From positions 20,214,001 through 20,278,000 of the forward strand of contig NC_058369.1 of assembly GCF_018350175.1 (NCBI RefSeq): a stretch of 64,000 nt of DNA, given 5' to 3'. Shown here in pieces: positions 23,191-36,800 of this stretch (positions are counted from its first letter, which is position 1; every line of letters begins with the position of its first letter). Both the position numbers and the translations under genes were made by a program. This DNA is from Felis catus (taxonomy: Eukaryota). The notes below the pieces were generated by a model. That model made no database searches and had not been told where the DNA came from. It saw nothing but the letters and a program-made list of their open reading frames with translations.

Positions 23191-23885
23191 GGGGCACCAG
23201 GGTGGCTCAATTGGTTAAGCATCCAACTTCAGCTCAGGTCATGATCTCATGGTCGTGAGTTGTAGCCTCGCATCGGGCTCTGTGCTCACAGCTCAGAGCC
23301 TGGAGCCTGCTTCGGATTCTGTGTCTCCCACTCTCTCTGCCCCTCCCCCACTCATGCTCTGTCTCTCTCACTTTCAAAAATGAGGAAATGTTAAAAAAAT
23401 TTTTTTTAATATTAATAATAAGAATAGTTAATCTAGGGGTGCCTCGGCTCAGTCGGTTAAACATCCAACTCTTGGCTTCGGCTCAGGTCATGATCTCAAT
23501 GGTTCATGAGTTCAAGCCCCACATCGGGCTCTGTGCTAACAGTGTAGAGCCTGTTTGTGATTCTCTCTCATCTCTCTCTCTCTGCCCCTACCTCACCCAC
23601 ATTCTTTCTCTCGTAAATAAATAAACTGAAAAAAAAAATTAACTAATTAAAAAAATTAAAACAGTTCATCTAAAAACTAGGATAGTTTGGGGTACCTGGG
23701 TGGCTCAGTTAAAGGTCTGGTTCTTGATTTCAGCTCAGGTCATGATCTCACACTTCGTGAGTTTGAGCCCCATCAGGCTCTTCACTGACAGCGTGGAACC
23801 AGCTTGGGATTCTGTTTCCCTCTCTCTCAGTCCCTCCTCTGCTCACTCTCTTAAACATTTAAAAATCAAATACATACATACATAA
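23191..23885 (+). mobile_element. Cluster of three head-to-tail CAN-SINEs
   Basis: Three tggctcag...ggtcatgatctc heads at about 23191, 23436 and 23688. Confidence 0.88.
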
Positions 23886-24177
23886 CCAGGATAGCTTTAT
23901 AAAATGTAATTAAAACCTAAGCCTACTCTGTTGACATTCTAATGTGTCATATTTTTATAAAAGTTAAACTCCTGCTCCTCCTTTGGACACTTGCTCCTAG
24001 TGTTAACAATCATTAAAATAAAAGGTTTATTTCAGAGTCATAAACACTTGTGTTTTTCTCTCCTCATGAGCAGAATCTAATTCATGTACATTTTAAAAAT
24101 TTAGGGGGAAAGAAAAAGGCCTTTCAGGAATCACTGACCAGGCTTATAGCAGGTGTGTAATCAGTAAAGACTCTTAC

Positions 24178-24186
24178 CATCTGCTT
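24178..24186 (-). CDS. DCAF1: Candidate 9-nt DCAF1 microexon (AAG CAG ATG = KQM)
   Basis: cctag|AAGCAGATG|gtaaga; frame-preserving in a phase-0 intron; UGC motifs and AG-free zone upstream; no transcript evidence available here. Confidence 0.5.
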
Positions 24187-26116
24187 CTAGGCAGTGCAGA
24201 ACACACAGGAAGCACAGCACACAGTGTGTCCCAGATTCCAAAATGGAGTGGAGAAAAGAGAGCATTATTCCTTTTTAATTTAAGGTTAACTATAATTAGT
24301 TGAAATGTATTGCCTTTTCAAATTCTAGGAACAATTATCAATTAACTAATCTCTGGTTTTATAAGTATCCTAAAAGCCAACATCAAAGTTGACTGAATTG
24401 TTTTTTTTTTAAATGACACAGACACCAAAATTCCAATGGATAATATGAGCTTTCACAAATGACTGACTTATTTGTGCTTTCATCAAATGCCTGAAGGCTG
24501 GAGGACTAGCAACCTCAGGAACCAAATATTATGGATGTCAAACACATCATATATGTTTTCATTCAACAATATATTGATTCCATTCATCTCTTCTTGTTAA
24601 TCTCCAAACTTATTTAAACATAAGGGTAAAAGACAACCATTTTTATGGTATGTAAATTATATCTCAATAAACCTTTTTAAATAAATAGCTATTTAAACAG
24701 GTACTTTATGCTGGACCATTTTATCAGGTAGCAGCTGACCATTCATACCGCTGATTTTATTTTGCTAAAATGAAAAGGCAAATTCAAAGATGTCAGTCAC
24801 AGGTGCCAGCATCCCTGAGCCATATAAGTCAGACCTGGGAAATCTGAGAAGACCTAAGAGCAGATATGTAGACTAGGACAAAACTTTGAATGGCAAATGA
24901 CTTGTAAGAAAATTAATTCTCTAGTTTTAAAATTAGGTGAAGTGCATAAAGGAAAAATAGTTAAAAATAAAATCAAGCTGGCAGAGGAAAGACAGAAATC
25001 TGATGGCTGGTAAATACAGTAAAAACACTACTGCAAGATTCCAGTAGGACATGTGAATCAACAGAATTCAGGTTACAAGGGGAACATGCTTGAACAGATA
25101 TGGTCTATCCCACTAAAACATCTCTAAATAAAAACCAAAATGCCAATGACTTAAGAATAAAACCAGTTCTCTAATGAGGTCTTTTAAATATGAAATGCAC
25201 CAGACAATCCTTAAGGACAGTGGTGTCAATATGTAATGAAACAAGCCTTGAAATACAGAAGAAATGCTAACTCACCTACACTGCCTGCACAGACACCTAG
25301 TCTCCTCCCAGCTAAAGGCTTTTAGGTTTTTCCACAGACTGGGCCTTAGGGCCACTCGTTAGGACCCTCTGGAGTCTGCCCCTCTCAACCTTGGTTTTCC
25401 ATGACAAGAAAGCCTCTGTTTGATCCTTCCTGCATTTGAGTATCAGAAGTCCTAACAACTACCCTACCTACCCCTTTTCTAATCTCTTTTTCCCTTAACC
25501 TCTCAAAAGGAAAGTTAAATAGAAGCACAGGAAAAAAATCAGTAAGTCCTTTCTCTTAAGTTGTTCACAGCTAGCCATGAAAAATTTCCCTCTTATCACT
25601 TCGTGTCTGCAGAGCAATGAGGCCAACAGAGGGAATAGCAACTCTCCAGACCCAAAGGTGTCTAGGGCAATGCTAGCTTCTCTTTTCTTGACCTTCTCCT
25701 TCAAAGATAATGGGTGCCACATGGACTGGACACAGATGACAGTCACCAAGATTATTATTGCCACTCCCTCATAAACTGCAAGGATGTTGGAGGGTAGGAA
25801 TAATGGTGTTGATAAGTAACTTCAAATAAGCCCAGTTTTTGGTTTAGGTTTACAAGACAACATGTAACATCCGAAAAGCTTGACATACAACTAATATCTG
25901 GTAGTGATAAGATGGTCTGCAGCCACCTTTACCACTGTAATATACTGACAAACAGCTCAAAAACATCATCTTCTTTATCTATTCAAGGATAAAGTACATC
26001 TTGTTTCATGACACGTAAAGTGGAAAAAGAGTATGATGCATTAAGGGAGTGGGATGTCTAAGGTAACAACAGGCCATGAGAATAAAAGAACAGACTCTAT
26101 TAAGAAACCAACCTAA

Positions 26117-27884
26117 GGCTCACCAACAATGAAGCAACAGAAAGAAATCAAGGAATCGATCCCATTTACAATTGCACCAAAAACCATAAAATACCTAGGA
26201 ATAAATCTAACCAAAGAGGAGAAAAGTCTATACACTGGAAACTATAGAAAGCTTATGAAAGAAATTGAAAAAGACACAAAAAAATGGAAAAAGATTCCAT
26301 GCTCCTGGATAGGAAAAACAAGTATTGTTAAAATGTCAATATTACCCAAAGCAATCTACATACTCAATGCAATCCCTATCAAAATAACACCAGCATTCTT
26401 CACAGAGCTAGAATAATCCTAAAATTTGTATGGAACCAGAAAAGACCCCAAATAGCCAAAGCAATCTTGAAAAAGAAAACCAAAGCAGGAGGCATCACAA
26501 TCCCGAACTTCAAGCTATACTAAAAAGCTCTAATCATCAAGACAGTATGGTACTGGTACAAGAACAGACACTCAGATCAGTGGAACAGAATAGAGAAACC
26601 AGAAATGGACCCACAAACATACAGCCAAATAATCTTTGACAAAGCAGGAAAGAATATCCAGTGGAATAAAGACAGTCTCTTCAGCAAGTGGTGTTGGGAA
26701 AACTGGACAGTGACATGCAGAAGAATGAATGGACCACTTTCTTACACCATACACAAAAATAAACTCAAAACAAATGAAAGACCTAAGTTTAAGACAGGAA
26801 GCCATCAAAATCCTCGAAGAGAAAGCAGGCAAAAACCTCTTTGATCTTGCCTGCAGCAACTTCTTACTCAACACATCTCCGGAGGCAAGGGAAACAAAAG
26901 CATAAATGAACTACTGGAACCTCATCAAAATAAAAAGCTTCTGCACAACGAAGGAAACAATCAGCAAAACTAAAAGGCAACCGACAGAATGGGAGAAGAT
27001 ATTTGCAAAGGACAGATCAGATAAATGGTTAACCAAAATCTATAAAGGACTTATCAAACTCAACACCCAAATAACAAATAATCCAGTGAAGAAATGGGCA
27101 CAAGACATGAATAGACACTTCTCCAAAGAAGACATCCAGGTGGCCGACTGACACATGAAAAAATGTTCAACATCACTCATCATCAGGGAAATACAAATCA
27201 AAACCACAATGAGATACTACCTGATACCTGTCAGAATGGCTAACATTAGCAACTCAGGCAACAGATGTTGGCGAGAATGCAGAGAAAGAGGATCTCTTTT
27301 GCATTGTTGGTGGAAATGCAAGCTGGTGCAGCCACTCTGGAAAACAGTATGGAGGTTCCTCAAAAAATTAAAAATAGAACTACCCTATGACCCAGCAATT
27401 GCACTACTAGGTATTTATCCAAGGGATACCGGTGTGCTGTTTTGAAGGGACACATACATCCCAATGTTCATAGCAGCACGATCAACAATAGCCAAAGTAT
27501 GGAAAGAGCCCAAATGTCCATTGATGGATGAATGGATAAAAAAGATGCCATTTGCAACTACGTGGATGGAACTGGAGGGTATTCTGATAAGCTAAATTAG
27601 TCAGCAAAAGACAAATATCATATGACTTCACTCATATGAGCACTTTAAGACACAAAACAGATGAACATAAGGGAAGGGAAACCAAAATAATACAAAAACA
27701 GGAAGGGGGACAAAACATAAAAGACTCTTAAATATGGAGAACAAACAGGGGATTACTGGAAGGGTTGTGGGAGGGGGATGGGCTAAATGGGTAAGAGGCA
27801 TTAAGGAATCTACTCCTGAAATTATTGTTGCACTATATGCTAACTTGGATGTAAATTTAAAAAAATAAAATTTTTAAAAAAAGA
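26117..27884 (+). mobile_element. 5'-truncated carnivore/felid LINE-1 (3' part of ORF2 + 3' UTR + A tail), disrupted
   Basis: ORF2 peptides [45 protein letters not shown] aagaaaccaacctaa at 26102-26116 / 27885-27899. Confidence 0.95.
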
Positions 27885-29016
27885 AAGAAACCAACCTAAA
27901 GCAACCATGTGACATTTGGAGGCTCTAACACCACTTACAAGCTCCGCTACCAAGAAATACTACCAACAGGTACAAGTTAAATAGTACAGCACTCAAGAAA
28001 ACATGAAGACCGTGTCACAAATAAATCAAAGTTCTGAAGTATCCTTCTGAAGACCTCTCCCTTTTACCCACATCTCAGAACTCACGTGAGCTTTAAACAC
28101 TGCAGGCTCCTCTTACCCATGACCAAGGAAATCACTGAGGACCCTCCAAGCCATGCAGCTGGAAAGCATTAACGGAAATCTCCTTCCCCACTAGGGATCC
28201 CTAGCTGCATTGGTTGAAGTGGTTTCAACTCCAGAGCCTAACGATCCGTTTTAATAAATATGGCATTCAAAAAACTATGGTACTGCTTCTGGTTTCCAGT
28301 GTGGCATATAAGAAGCTTAAAGTCACCAATCCTAACACGTAAAAAGCTCAATAAACTGAAAAATCAACAACTCCTCTTAAATTCGACAGAGGTGGGGTCA
28401 GAGAGGCACCACTGTCCCCAGAATTGGAGACACCAACAAGAAAATACAGAGAACAGCAACTTGTCAGAGCATAAACCCAAAAGGATAAACCTTCACAGGA
28501 ACCAGTGCCAAGGCAGGGAAAACTGAACTGTAACTGACAAATTGCTAGACACAATTCTAAGGATAAATGTGAGAGATAAAAACTCCAGGGGGACCGAGTC
28601 ATCAGGGCCCCCACACTTTTGTGAGTTTTACCTCCCGGAGGTTGACCAGGTTCTCACGGTGAATATCAGAGAAAAATCCCCTTGGGTTGACCAGGTTCTC
28701 AAGGTGAATATCAGAAAAATCCCCTTGGGCCTCCCACGGGAGGTGGAGGGGGACCATTTTGAAATACATCACAGCATTCTGTTCTTCTTAACAAGACCTC
28801 CCCTCAGGAGAAACTATTTAACCAAAGCCTAACCTGCTGGGACATTATCAGAGCCTAACTGACCTGGGGGAAGGGAAATATCCAACTCCAGCCACTCTAG
28901 CCCTCTGATCCCTCCCAAAGGGGATAGAAAAGACTGAGAAATGTGTGAAGTTCACAGTACACAAGTATAGATTCACTGAAACACTGAGACCTACTTATAG
29001 AACTGTAAAACACTTC

Positions 29017-29228
29017 AGGGAGCCTGGGTGGCTCAGTCGGTTGAGCATCCGACTTCAGCTCAGGTCATGATCTCACGGCTTGTGGGTTCGAGCCCCACAT
29101 CGGGCTCTGTGCTGGCAGCTCAGGGCCTGGAGTCTGCTTCCGATTCTGTGTCTCCCTCTCTCTCTGCCCCTCCCCCACTTATGCTGTGTCTCTGTCTCTC
29201 AAAAATAAATAAATGTAAAAAAGAAAAA
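29017..29228 (+). mobile_element. CAN-SINE with 18-bp TSD agaactgtaaaacacttc
   Basis: TSD 28999-29016 / 29229-29246. Confidence 0.9.
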
Positions 29229-30354
29229 AGAACTGTAAAACACTTCCCTGGCCCCACACCTTGCTACCACATTACTAAAGACCAATTTACAGCAGTTATT
29301 TTTACCCAGCACATGATATCCAGGTATCAAGAAAAAAATTATAAGACATACTAAAAAGGAAAAAAAAACACAGTTTGAAGAGACAGAACAAGCATCAGAA
29401 CCAGACTTAGATATGGCAGGGGTTGTAAGAACAAGAATATAAAACAACCATGATTAAGATGCTAAGGGGTCTCTCTAATGGATAAACTGGACAGCATGCA
29501 AGAACAGACAGGCAATGGGAGCAGAGCAGGGAAATTCAAAGAAAGAACCAAAAAGAAATGCTATCAATCAGAAACACTGTGGTAGAAATGAAGAATGGCT
29601 TTGATGGGCTTTATTAGTAGACTACACAGCTAAGTAAAAAATCTCTGAGCTTGAGGATATCTCAATAGATACCACCAAAACAGAAAAGCAGAGGAACAAA
29701 GACTGAAAAACACAGAATATCCAAGAACTGAGGGATGAATACAAAAGGAATAACATACACATAATGGGAATTCTAGAAGGAAGAGAAAAAAAGGAACAGA
29801 AGAAATATCTGAAGCAATGATGACTGAAAATTTTACCAAAATTAATGTCAGACACCACACCACAGATCCAGGAAGCTCTAAGAAAACTGAGCAAGATAAA
29901 TGCCCCCAAAAAACCTATACCTAGGCACATCATTTTCAAATTACAGAAAAATATTTTAAAAAAAAATCCTTAAAGAAGCCCAAGGGGAAAAAACATCTTA
30001 CCTGTAGAGGAAAACAGATAAAAATTGTATCTCACATCTCCTCAGAAATCATACAAGCAAGGAGAGAGGGAAGTGAAATACTTAAAATGCTGAGAGACAA
30101 AAAACACTAATCTAGAATTCCATAGCCCTGTCCTGTGAAAGTATCCTTCGAAAGTGGAGAAATAAAGACTTATTCAGACAAAACAATACAAAACCTGAGG
30201 GAATTTGTTGCCAGTAGACCTGTCTAGCAAGAAACGTTAAATTCTTCAGAGAGAAGGATAATCATCAAGGTCAGAAACTCCAATCTATATAAAGGAAGAA
30301 AAGCACAGGAGAAGGAACAAATGAAGGTAGAATAAACATTTTATTTTTCTTATT

Positions 30355-30570
30355 CTTTTTTTTTTAATGTTTATTTATTTTTGAGAGAGAGACAGAGACA
30401 GAGCACAAGCGGGAGAGGGGCAGAGAGCGAGGGAGACACAGAAGACAAAGCAGGCTCCAGGCTCTGAGCTGTCAGCACAGAGCCCAATGCAGGGCTCGAA
30501 GCCACGAACAATGAGATCATGACCTGAGCCAAAGTCAGATGCTCAACCGACTGAGCCACCCAGGTGTCCC
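30355..30570 (-). mobile_element. CAN-SINE
   Basis: Reverse-complement SINE consensus. Confidence 0.88.
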
Positions 30571-31732
30571 TTATTTTCTCATTCTTAATTGATCTTTGTT
30601 CAAAATAATAGTTTATCCAAACAACACCAATAACTTGTGTGATTATGTATTATTATATATATGTACATATGCTTATATATAAATGAAGGACAGCAATAAG
30701 ATATGAGAAATACATAGGAACTAGGATTATTCTACCATAAGGTGCTTGTACTACCTGTAAAGAGATAGAGTGTCATTTGAAAGTGGACTTGGATTACTTG
30801 TAAATGTATATATTGCAACCTTTAGGGCAACTACTAAAAACAGTAAAATTAAATAAATAAATAGAACTAATAGGCTAACAAAGGAGTGGAATCCTAGAAA
30901 AATGCTCCATTAAAACCACAAAAAGCAGAAAAAGAGTAGCAGACAGAAACAGGAAGAAAAAACAAGGGCAACACATAGAAATCAGCAAGAAATACAGTAG
31001 ATACAAAGCCAACTATATCAATAATCACTTAGAATCTCATTCCAAATGCATCAATTAAAAGACATTATTGATGTGGACCAAGAAACAAAACCCAGCTACA
31101 TGTTGTCCCCTAGAAACCCACTTTAAATATAAAGACACATATAGATTAAAAATAAATGGCGGGAAAAAGATATACCATGCTAACATGAATTTTAAAAAAC
31201 TAGGGTAACTGTATTACTTTTAGACAAAGCACACTTCAGACCAAGGAAAGTTATTAGTGATAAAGAAAGGCATTATATGATGATAAAGGGGTCAATTCTC
31301 CAAGAAAACATAATAATCCTTAATATATATGTGCCTAACAGAATATCAAAATACACGAGGCAAAAACTGACAGAACTGCAAGAAGAAAATAATGAATCTA
31401 CTTATTGTAATGGAGACTTCAATACCCCTTTATCAGAAATGGAAAAATACATCAGGCAGAAAACCAGTAAGGACACAGTTGAAGTGATCAATACAATCAA
31501 TAAACTGAGTATAATGGACATCTACAGACTACTTTGTCCAACAACTGAATACACATTCTTCTCAAGCTCACATGAAACATTCACCAAGATAGACGACATT
31601 CTGGGCCATAAAGCACACCTTAACAAATTTAAAATAGAAATCATGATAATGTTTGCTCTCAGACCACAATGGCATTAAACTAAATATCAATAACAGAAAT
31701 ATAGCTAGAAAACCCCAAAATACTTAGAGATT

Positions 31733-31942
31733 AATTTTTTTTAATGTTTATTTACTTTTGAGAGAGAGAGAGAGAGCATGAGCAGGGTAGGGACAGAAAG
31801 AGAGGGAGACACAGAATCCAAAGCAGTCTCCAGACTCTGAGCTGTCAGCACAGAGCCTGACGCGGGGCTCAAACCCATGGACCATGAGATCATGACCTGA
31901 GCCAAAGTCCGATGTTTAACTGACTGAGCACCCAGGTGCCCC
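31733..31942 (-). mobile_element. CAN-SINE
   Basis: Reverse-complement SINE consensus. Confidence 0.88.
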
Positions 31943-32177
31943 AAAATATTGGAGATTAAACAACACACTTCTAAATAGCAAGATTCAAAGAAGAAATCTC
32001 AGAAAATACTTTGAACTAAATGAAAATGAAAACTCACATAAAATTTTGTGGGGTACAGTGAAAGCAGTGCATAGAGGGAAATTTAGAGCACTGAATGCAA
32101 ATTATTAGAAAGGCAGACCTAAAATCAATCAGCTAAGTTTCCACCTTAAGGAACCAGAAATAGAAGAGCAAATCAAG

Positions 32178-32965
32178 GAACTCTTGGGTGGCTCAGTTGG
32201 TTGGATGTCTGGTTCTTGACTGCAGCTCAGGTCATGATGTCATAGTTCATGAGATCGAGCCCCCATGTAGGGGTCTGCACTGACAGCAGAGCCTGCTTGG
32301 GATTCTCTCTCCCCCTCTCTCTGCCTCTCCCCTGCTCACACACTCTCTCTCAAAATAAATATATAAACTTAAAAAAAAAAAAGAGCAAATCAAATCCAAA
32401 GTAAGCAGAAGAAAAGTAGGAATAGAAATTAAAGTAGAAATCAATAAAATTGGAAACAGGAAATTAATAGAGAAAATCAATGCAATCAAAATCTTGCTCT
32501 TTACAAAGATATAATAGGGGTGCCTGGGGCCCCTATAATAGGGGTGGCTCAGTTGGTTAAGCATCCAACTCTTTATTTCTGCTCTGGCCATGATCTCATG
32601 GTTCATGAGATAGAGCCCCATAACAAGATCCAAGCTGACACCGCGGAGACTGCTTGAGGTTCTCTCTCCCTCTCTCTCTGCCCAGCCCCTGCTCATACTC
32701 ACTTTCTCCCTCAAGAAATAAAATAAAAAGATTGATAATTGATAAGCCTCTAGCAGGCTAAGAAAAAAAGAGGGCACAAATTACTAATATCAGAAATGAA
32801 AGAGGAGACATCATTACAGATCCCATGGACATTTAAAGGATAAATTCTATGAACAGGGCACCTGGCTGGCTCGGTTGGAGAAGCATGTGACTTCTGACCT
32901 CAGGGTCATAAGTTTGAGCCCCACACTAGGTATAAAGATTACTAAAATAAATAAGTATTTTAAAA
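32178..32965 (+). mobile_element. Three CAN-SINEs (about 32178, 32517 and a short one at 32856) interspersed in L1 ORF2
   Basis: SINE heads and A tails between L1-like segments. Confidence 0.8.
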
Positions 32966-33290
32966 ATTCTGTGAACAACTCTATGCCCACAAATTTGATA
33001 ACCTAGATGAAACAGACCAATTCCTTGAAAGACAACACCATTTGCCAAAATGCACACAAGAATGTGACAATCTCAATAGGGCTTTAGCTATTAAAGAAAC
33101 TGATTCAGTAATTAATAACCTTCCAAAACAGAAAGCACCAGGCCCACATGGGTTTGCTGCTGACTTCTACTAAACATAAAAAATTACATCAATTTTTTAA
33201 TATCTCTTCTAGAAGACAGAAGCAGATAAAATACTTCCTGACTCATTATATGAGGCCAGCATTACACTAACAGCAACACCAAGGACATTG

Positions 33291-34636
33291 CAGTAGTCCC
33301 CCTCTCCTTATCCAACAGGGATGGGTTCTAAGACCACTCCCCCCAACCCACAGTGGATGCCTGAAACTGAGGATAGCACCAAACCCTGTATTTTTTCCTA
33401 TACATGTACGCCTATGATAAAATTTATTAGGCACAGTAAGAGATTAACAATAACTTTTATGAATATGGTCTTTCTCTCTCAAAATCTTATTGTACTGTAC
33501 TCACCCTTCTTGTGGTGATGTGAGATGACAAAAAGCCTACATAATAAGATGAAGTGAGGTGAATGACATAGGCACTATGATGTAGGCTACTACTGACCTT
33601 CTGACCATACATCAGAAAGAGGACCATCTGGAGGCACCTGGGTGGCTCAGTCGGTTAAGCGTCCGACTTAGGCTCAGGTCATGATCTCTCGGTTTGTGGG
33701 TTCAAGCATCATTTTGGGTTCTGTGCTAACAGTTCAGAGTCTGGAGCCTGCTTCAGATCCTGCATCTTCCTCTCTCTCTCTGCCCCTCCCCCACTACTCT
33801 GTCACTCTCTCTCAAAAATAAACAAACATTAAAAAAAAATTTTTTTTTAATTTAAAAAAATGGGGTGCCTGTGTGGCTCAGTCGGTTGAGCGTACAACTT
33901 CGGCTCAGGTCATGATCTCACAGCTTGTGGGTTGGAGCCCCACTGTGCTGACAGCTCAGAGCCTGGAGCCTGCTTCAGATTCTGCATCTCCCTCTCTCTG
34001 CCTTTTCCCACTTGTGCTGTCTCTAAAATAAACAAACATTAAAAAAATTTTAAATATGGGGCGCCTGGGTGGCTCAGTCAGTTGAGCGTCTGACTTCAGC
34101 TCAGGTCATGATCTCACAGCTTGTGAGTTCAAGCCCCGCGTCGGGCTCTGTGCTGACAGCTCGGAGCCTAGAGCCTGCTTTGGAGTCTGTGTCTCCCTCT
34201 CTCTCTGCCCCTAACCCGCTTGCATTCTGTCTCTGTCTCTCTCAAAAATAAATAAACATTAAAATAAATGTTAATGGGGCGCCTGGGTGGCTCAGTCGGT
34301 TAAGCGTCCGACTTTGACTCAGGTCACGATCTCGCGGTCCGTGAGTTCGAGCCCCGCCGTCGGGCTCTGGGCTGATGGCTGGGAGCCTGGAGCCTGCTTC
34401 CAATTCTGTGTCTCCCTCTCTCTCTGCCCCTCCCCTGTTCATGCTCTGTCTCTGTCTCAAAAATAAATAAACGTTAAAAAAAATTAAAAATAATAATAAT
34501 AAATGTTAATATAATTAATAAATAAATAAATAAGGACCATCTGTTTCCAGACTGGAGTTGACTTCAGGTATCTGAAACCATGGAAAGTGAAACCACGGAA
34601 AGCAAAAGTACAGAGAGGGGGGAAGGGGTACTACTG
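33291..34636. mobile_element. MER44/Tigger7-like DNA transposon split by four tandem SINEs
   Basis: Terminal inverted repeats cagtagtcccc ... ggggtactactg; internal cagtggatgcctgaaact-like motif. Confidence 0.75.
33631..34532 (+). mobile_element. Array of four head-to-tail CAN-SINEs
   Basis: Heads at about 33631, 33862, 34058 and 34276; outer TSD aggaccatctg (33620-33630 / 34533-34543). Confidence 0.92.
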
Positions 34637-34977
34637 CATAAGAAATTAAAACTACAGTCCAACATGTCTCATGACCACAGACATAAAAATCCTCAACACA
34701 ATATTAGCAAATCATATTACACACTATATACAAAGAATTATAAAAGCACAACCAAATAGGATGTACTACAGCTATGCAAGGCTGGTTCACATTTTAAAAT
34801 CTAATTAATGTAATTCACTACTTCAATAGGCTAAAGAAATAAGATTTTATCAACAGATTCAGAAAAAGACTAACAAAACCCAACACCCGTAACTAAAAAC
34901 TCTTGAGTAAGATGGGAATGGAGAGTAACTTCTTCAACTAGATAAAGAACATCTATGAAAAAAAAAAAACACAGCTT

Positions 34978-35190
34978 GGGCGCCTGGGTGGCACTGTCAG
35001 TTAAGCTTCCAACTCTTGGATCTCGGATCAGGTCATGATCTCATAGTTCATGAGTTCGAGCCACACGTCAGCCTCTGCGCTGATGGCACGGAGCCTGCTT
35101 GGGGCTCTGTCTCTCCCTCTTTCTCTGCCCCTCCCCGCCTGTGCTTGCTCTCTCTCAAAATAAATAAATAAACTTTAAAAAAATTAAAAA
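34978..35190 (+). mobile_element. CAN-SINE
   Basis: SINE consensus, flanking aaaaaacacagct repeat. Confidence 0.85.
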
Positions 35191-36577
35191 AACACAGCTA
35201 ACACCATACTTTATGATGAAAAATTCAAAACTTTCCTGCTAAGATCAGGATCAAGATCACTGATTTTCAAAATCATACTAAAAGTCCTACTTATCAGACA
35301 ACAGGAAATAAAAGGGTACATTTTACAGAAATAAAACTGTCTTTGTTTGCAAATAATATGATTGTCTTTGCAGAAAATCCCAAAGAAATGACAATTAAAA
35401 CTGGATTAAACAATTATAGCAGGGTTGCAGGATACAAGGTTAATTCAGTCTTTCCTATGTAACAGTTTTCCTGTACACCAGCAATGAACAAATGGAAACT
35501 AAAATTAAAAACACAATATCACTTATATTAGCCCCACCTCTCAAAATGAAATACTTAGGTAATCCATCAGGTATTAGGTAAACCTAACAAAATATGTACG
35601 ATATCTGTATGAGGAAAACTACGTAACTCTGACGAAAGAAATCAAAGAATTAAAGAAATGAAGAGAGTCCATGTTCATGGATAGGAAGACTCAATATTGT
35701 CAAGATGTCAGATCCTCCTAACCTGATCTATACATATAAACTCAATGCACTCCCTTCAAAATCCCAGCAAGTTATGTTGTAGATACCAACAAATGGATTC
35801 AAAAGTTTATACGGAGAAGCAAACAATCCAGAATAGTCAACACCATATTGAAGGTGAACAGAATTGGAGGACTGGCACAACACAACTTCAAAACTTACTA
35901 TAAAGTAACAGTAATCAAGACAGTATAGTATTGGAGAAAATATACAAATAGATCAGCGGAAAACAGTAGAGAGCCCAGAAATAGATCCACATAAAGATAG
36001 TCAACTGATCTTGGACAAAGGAGCACAGGCAATACAATGGGTATTTAAACTGGGCGTCTATAAGCAAAAAAATTCATCTAAACACAGGTCTTACACTCTT
36101 TACAAAAATTAACTCAAAAAGAATCACAGACCTAAGTGTGAAATGCACAACTACCTATAAAACTCCTAGAAAATAACAGGAGAAAATCTACATGACCTTG
36201 AATTTAAAGATAATTTTTTAGATGCAACCTCAAAGTCACAATTCACAAAAGAAATACTTGATAAGATGGACTTTATTAAGACAAAAACTTCTACTCTGTG
36301 ACAGTGTCAAGAGAATGAGACAACAAGCTATAAACTAAGAGGAAATATTTGCAAATGACCTATCAGAGAAAGCACTATCAGCCAAAGCATTCAAAAAAAC
36401 TCTTACAACTCAATAAAAACACAAGAAACCCAATTTAAAAATAGGCCAATGACTTTGACACCTCACCAAAGAAAATCTACAAACGGCAAATAGGGAAGTG
36501 ATGCTTCACATCATAAGTCATCAGGAAAATGCAAATTAAAATAACACTGAGAAAGCCTTCCACTTAGAGTCTCCCTG

Positions 36578-36800
36578 AGGTGTGCCTGGGTGGCTCAGTA
36601 AGTTAAGCATCCAACTCTTGATTTCCACTCAGGTCATGACATGCCAGCTCATAGGATTGGATGGAGCCCTGGGTCATCAGGCTCTGTGCTGACAGTGTGG
36701 ATCCTGCTTGGGATTCTCTCTCTCCCTCTCTCTCTGCCCCACCCCCGCTCGTACTTACCCATTCTCAAAATAAGTAAATAAAGATTAAAAAAGGAAAAAG
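36578..36800 (+). mobile_element. CAN-SINE (older)
   Basis: Diverged SINE consensus. Confidence 0.8.

Noticed and set aside
25276..25311. Possible 36-nt poison exon ending in TAG|gtgagt on the minus strand
   Set aside because: Good donor but a purine-rich upstream region with no pyrimidine tract
28641..28729. About 45-bp tandem duplication (gttgaccaggttctca...aaaatccccttgg) x2
   Set aside because: Local slippage within the degraded L1 5' region; no functional indication
32510..32546. Short duplication tataataggggtg forming a small palindrome cccctataatagggg in a SINE head
   Set aside because: Likely a local template-switch or slippage event in a dead repeat
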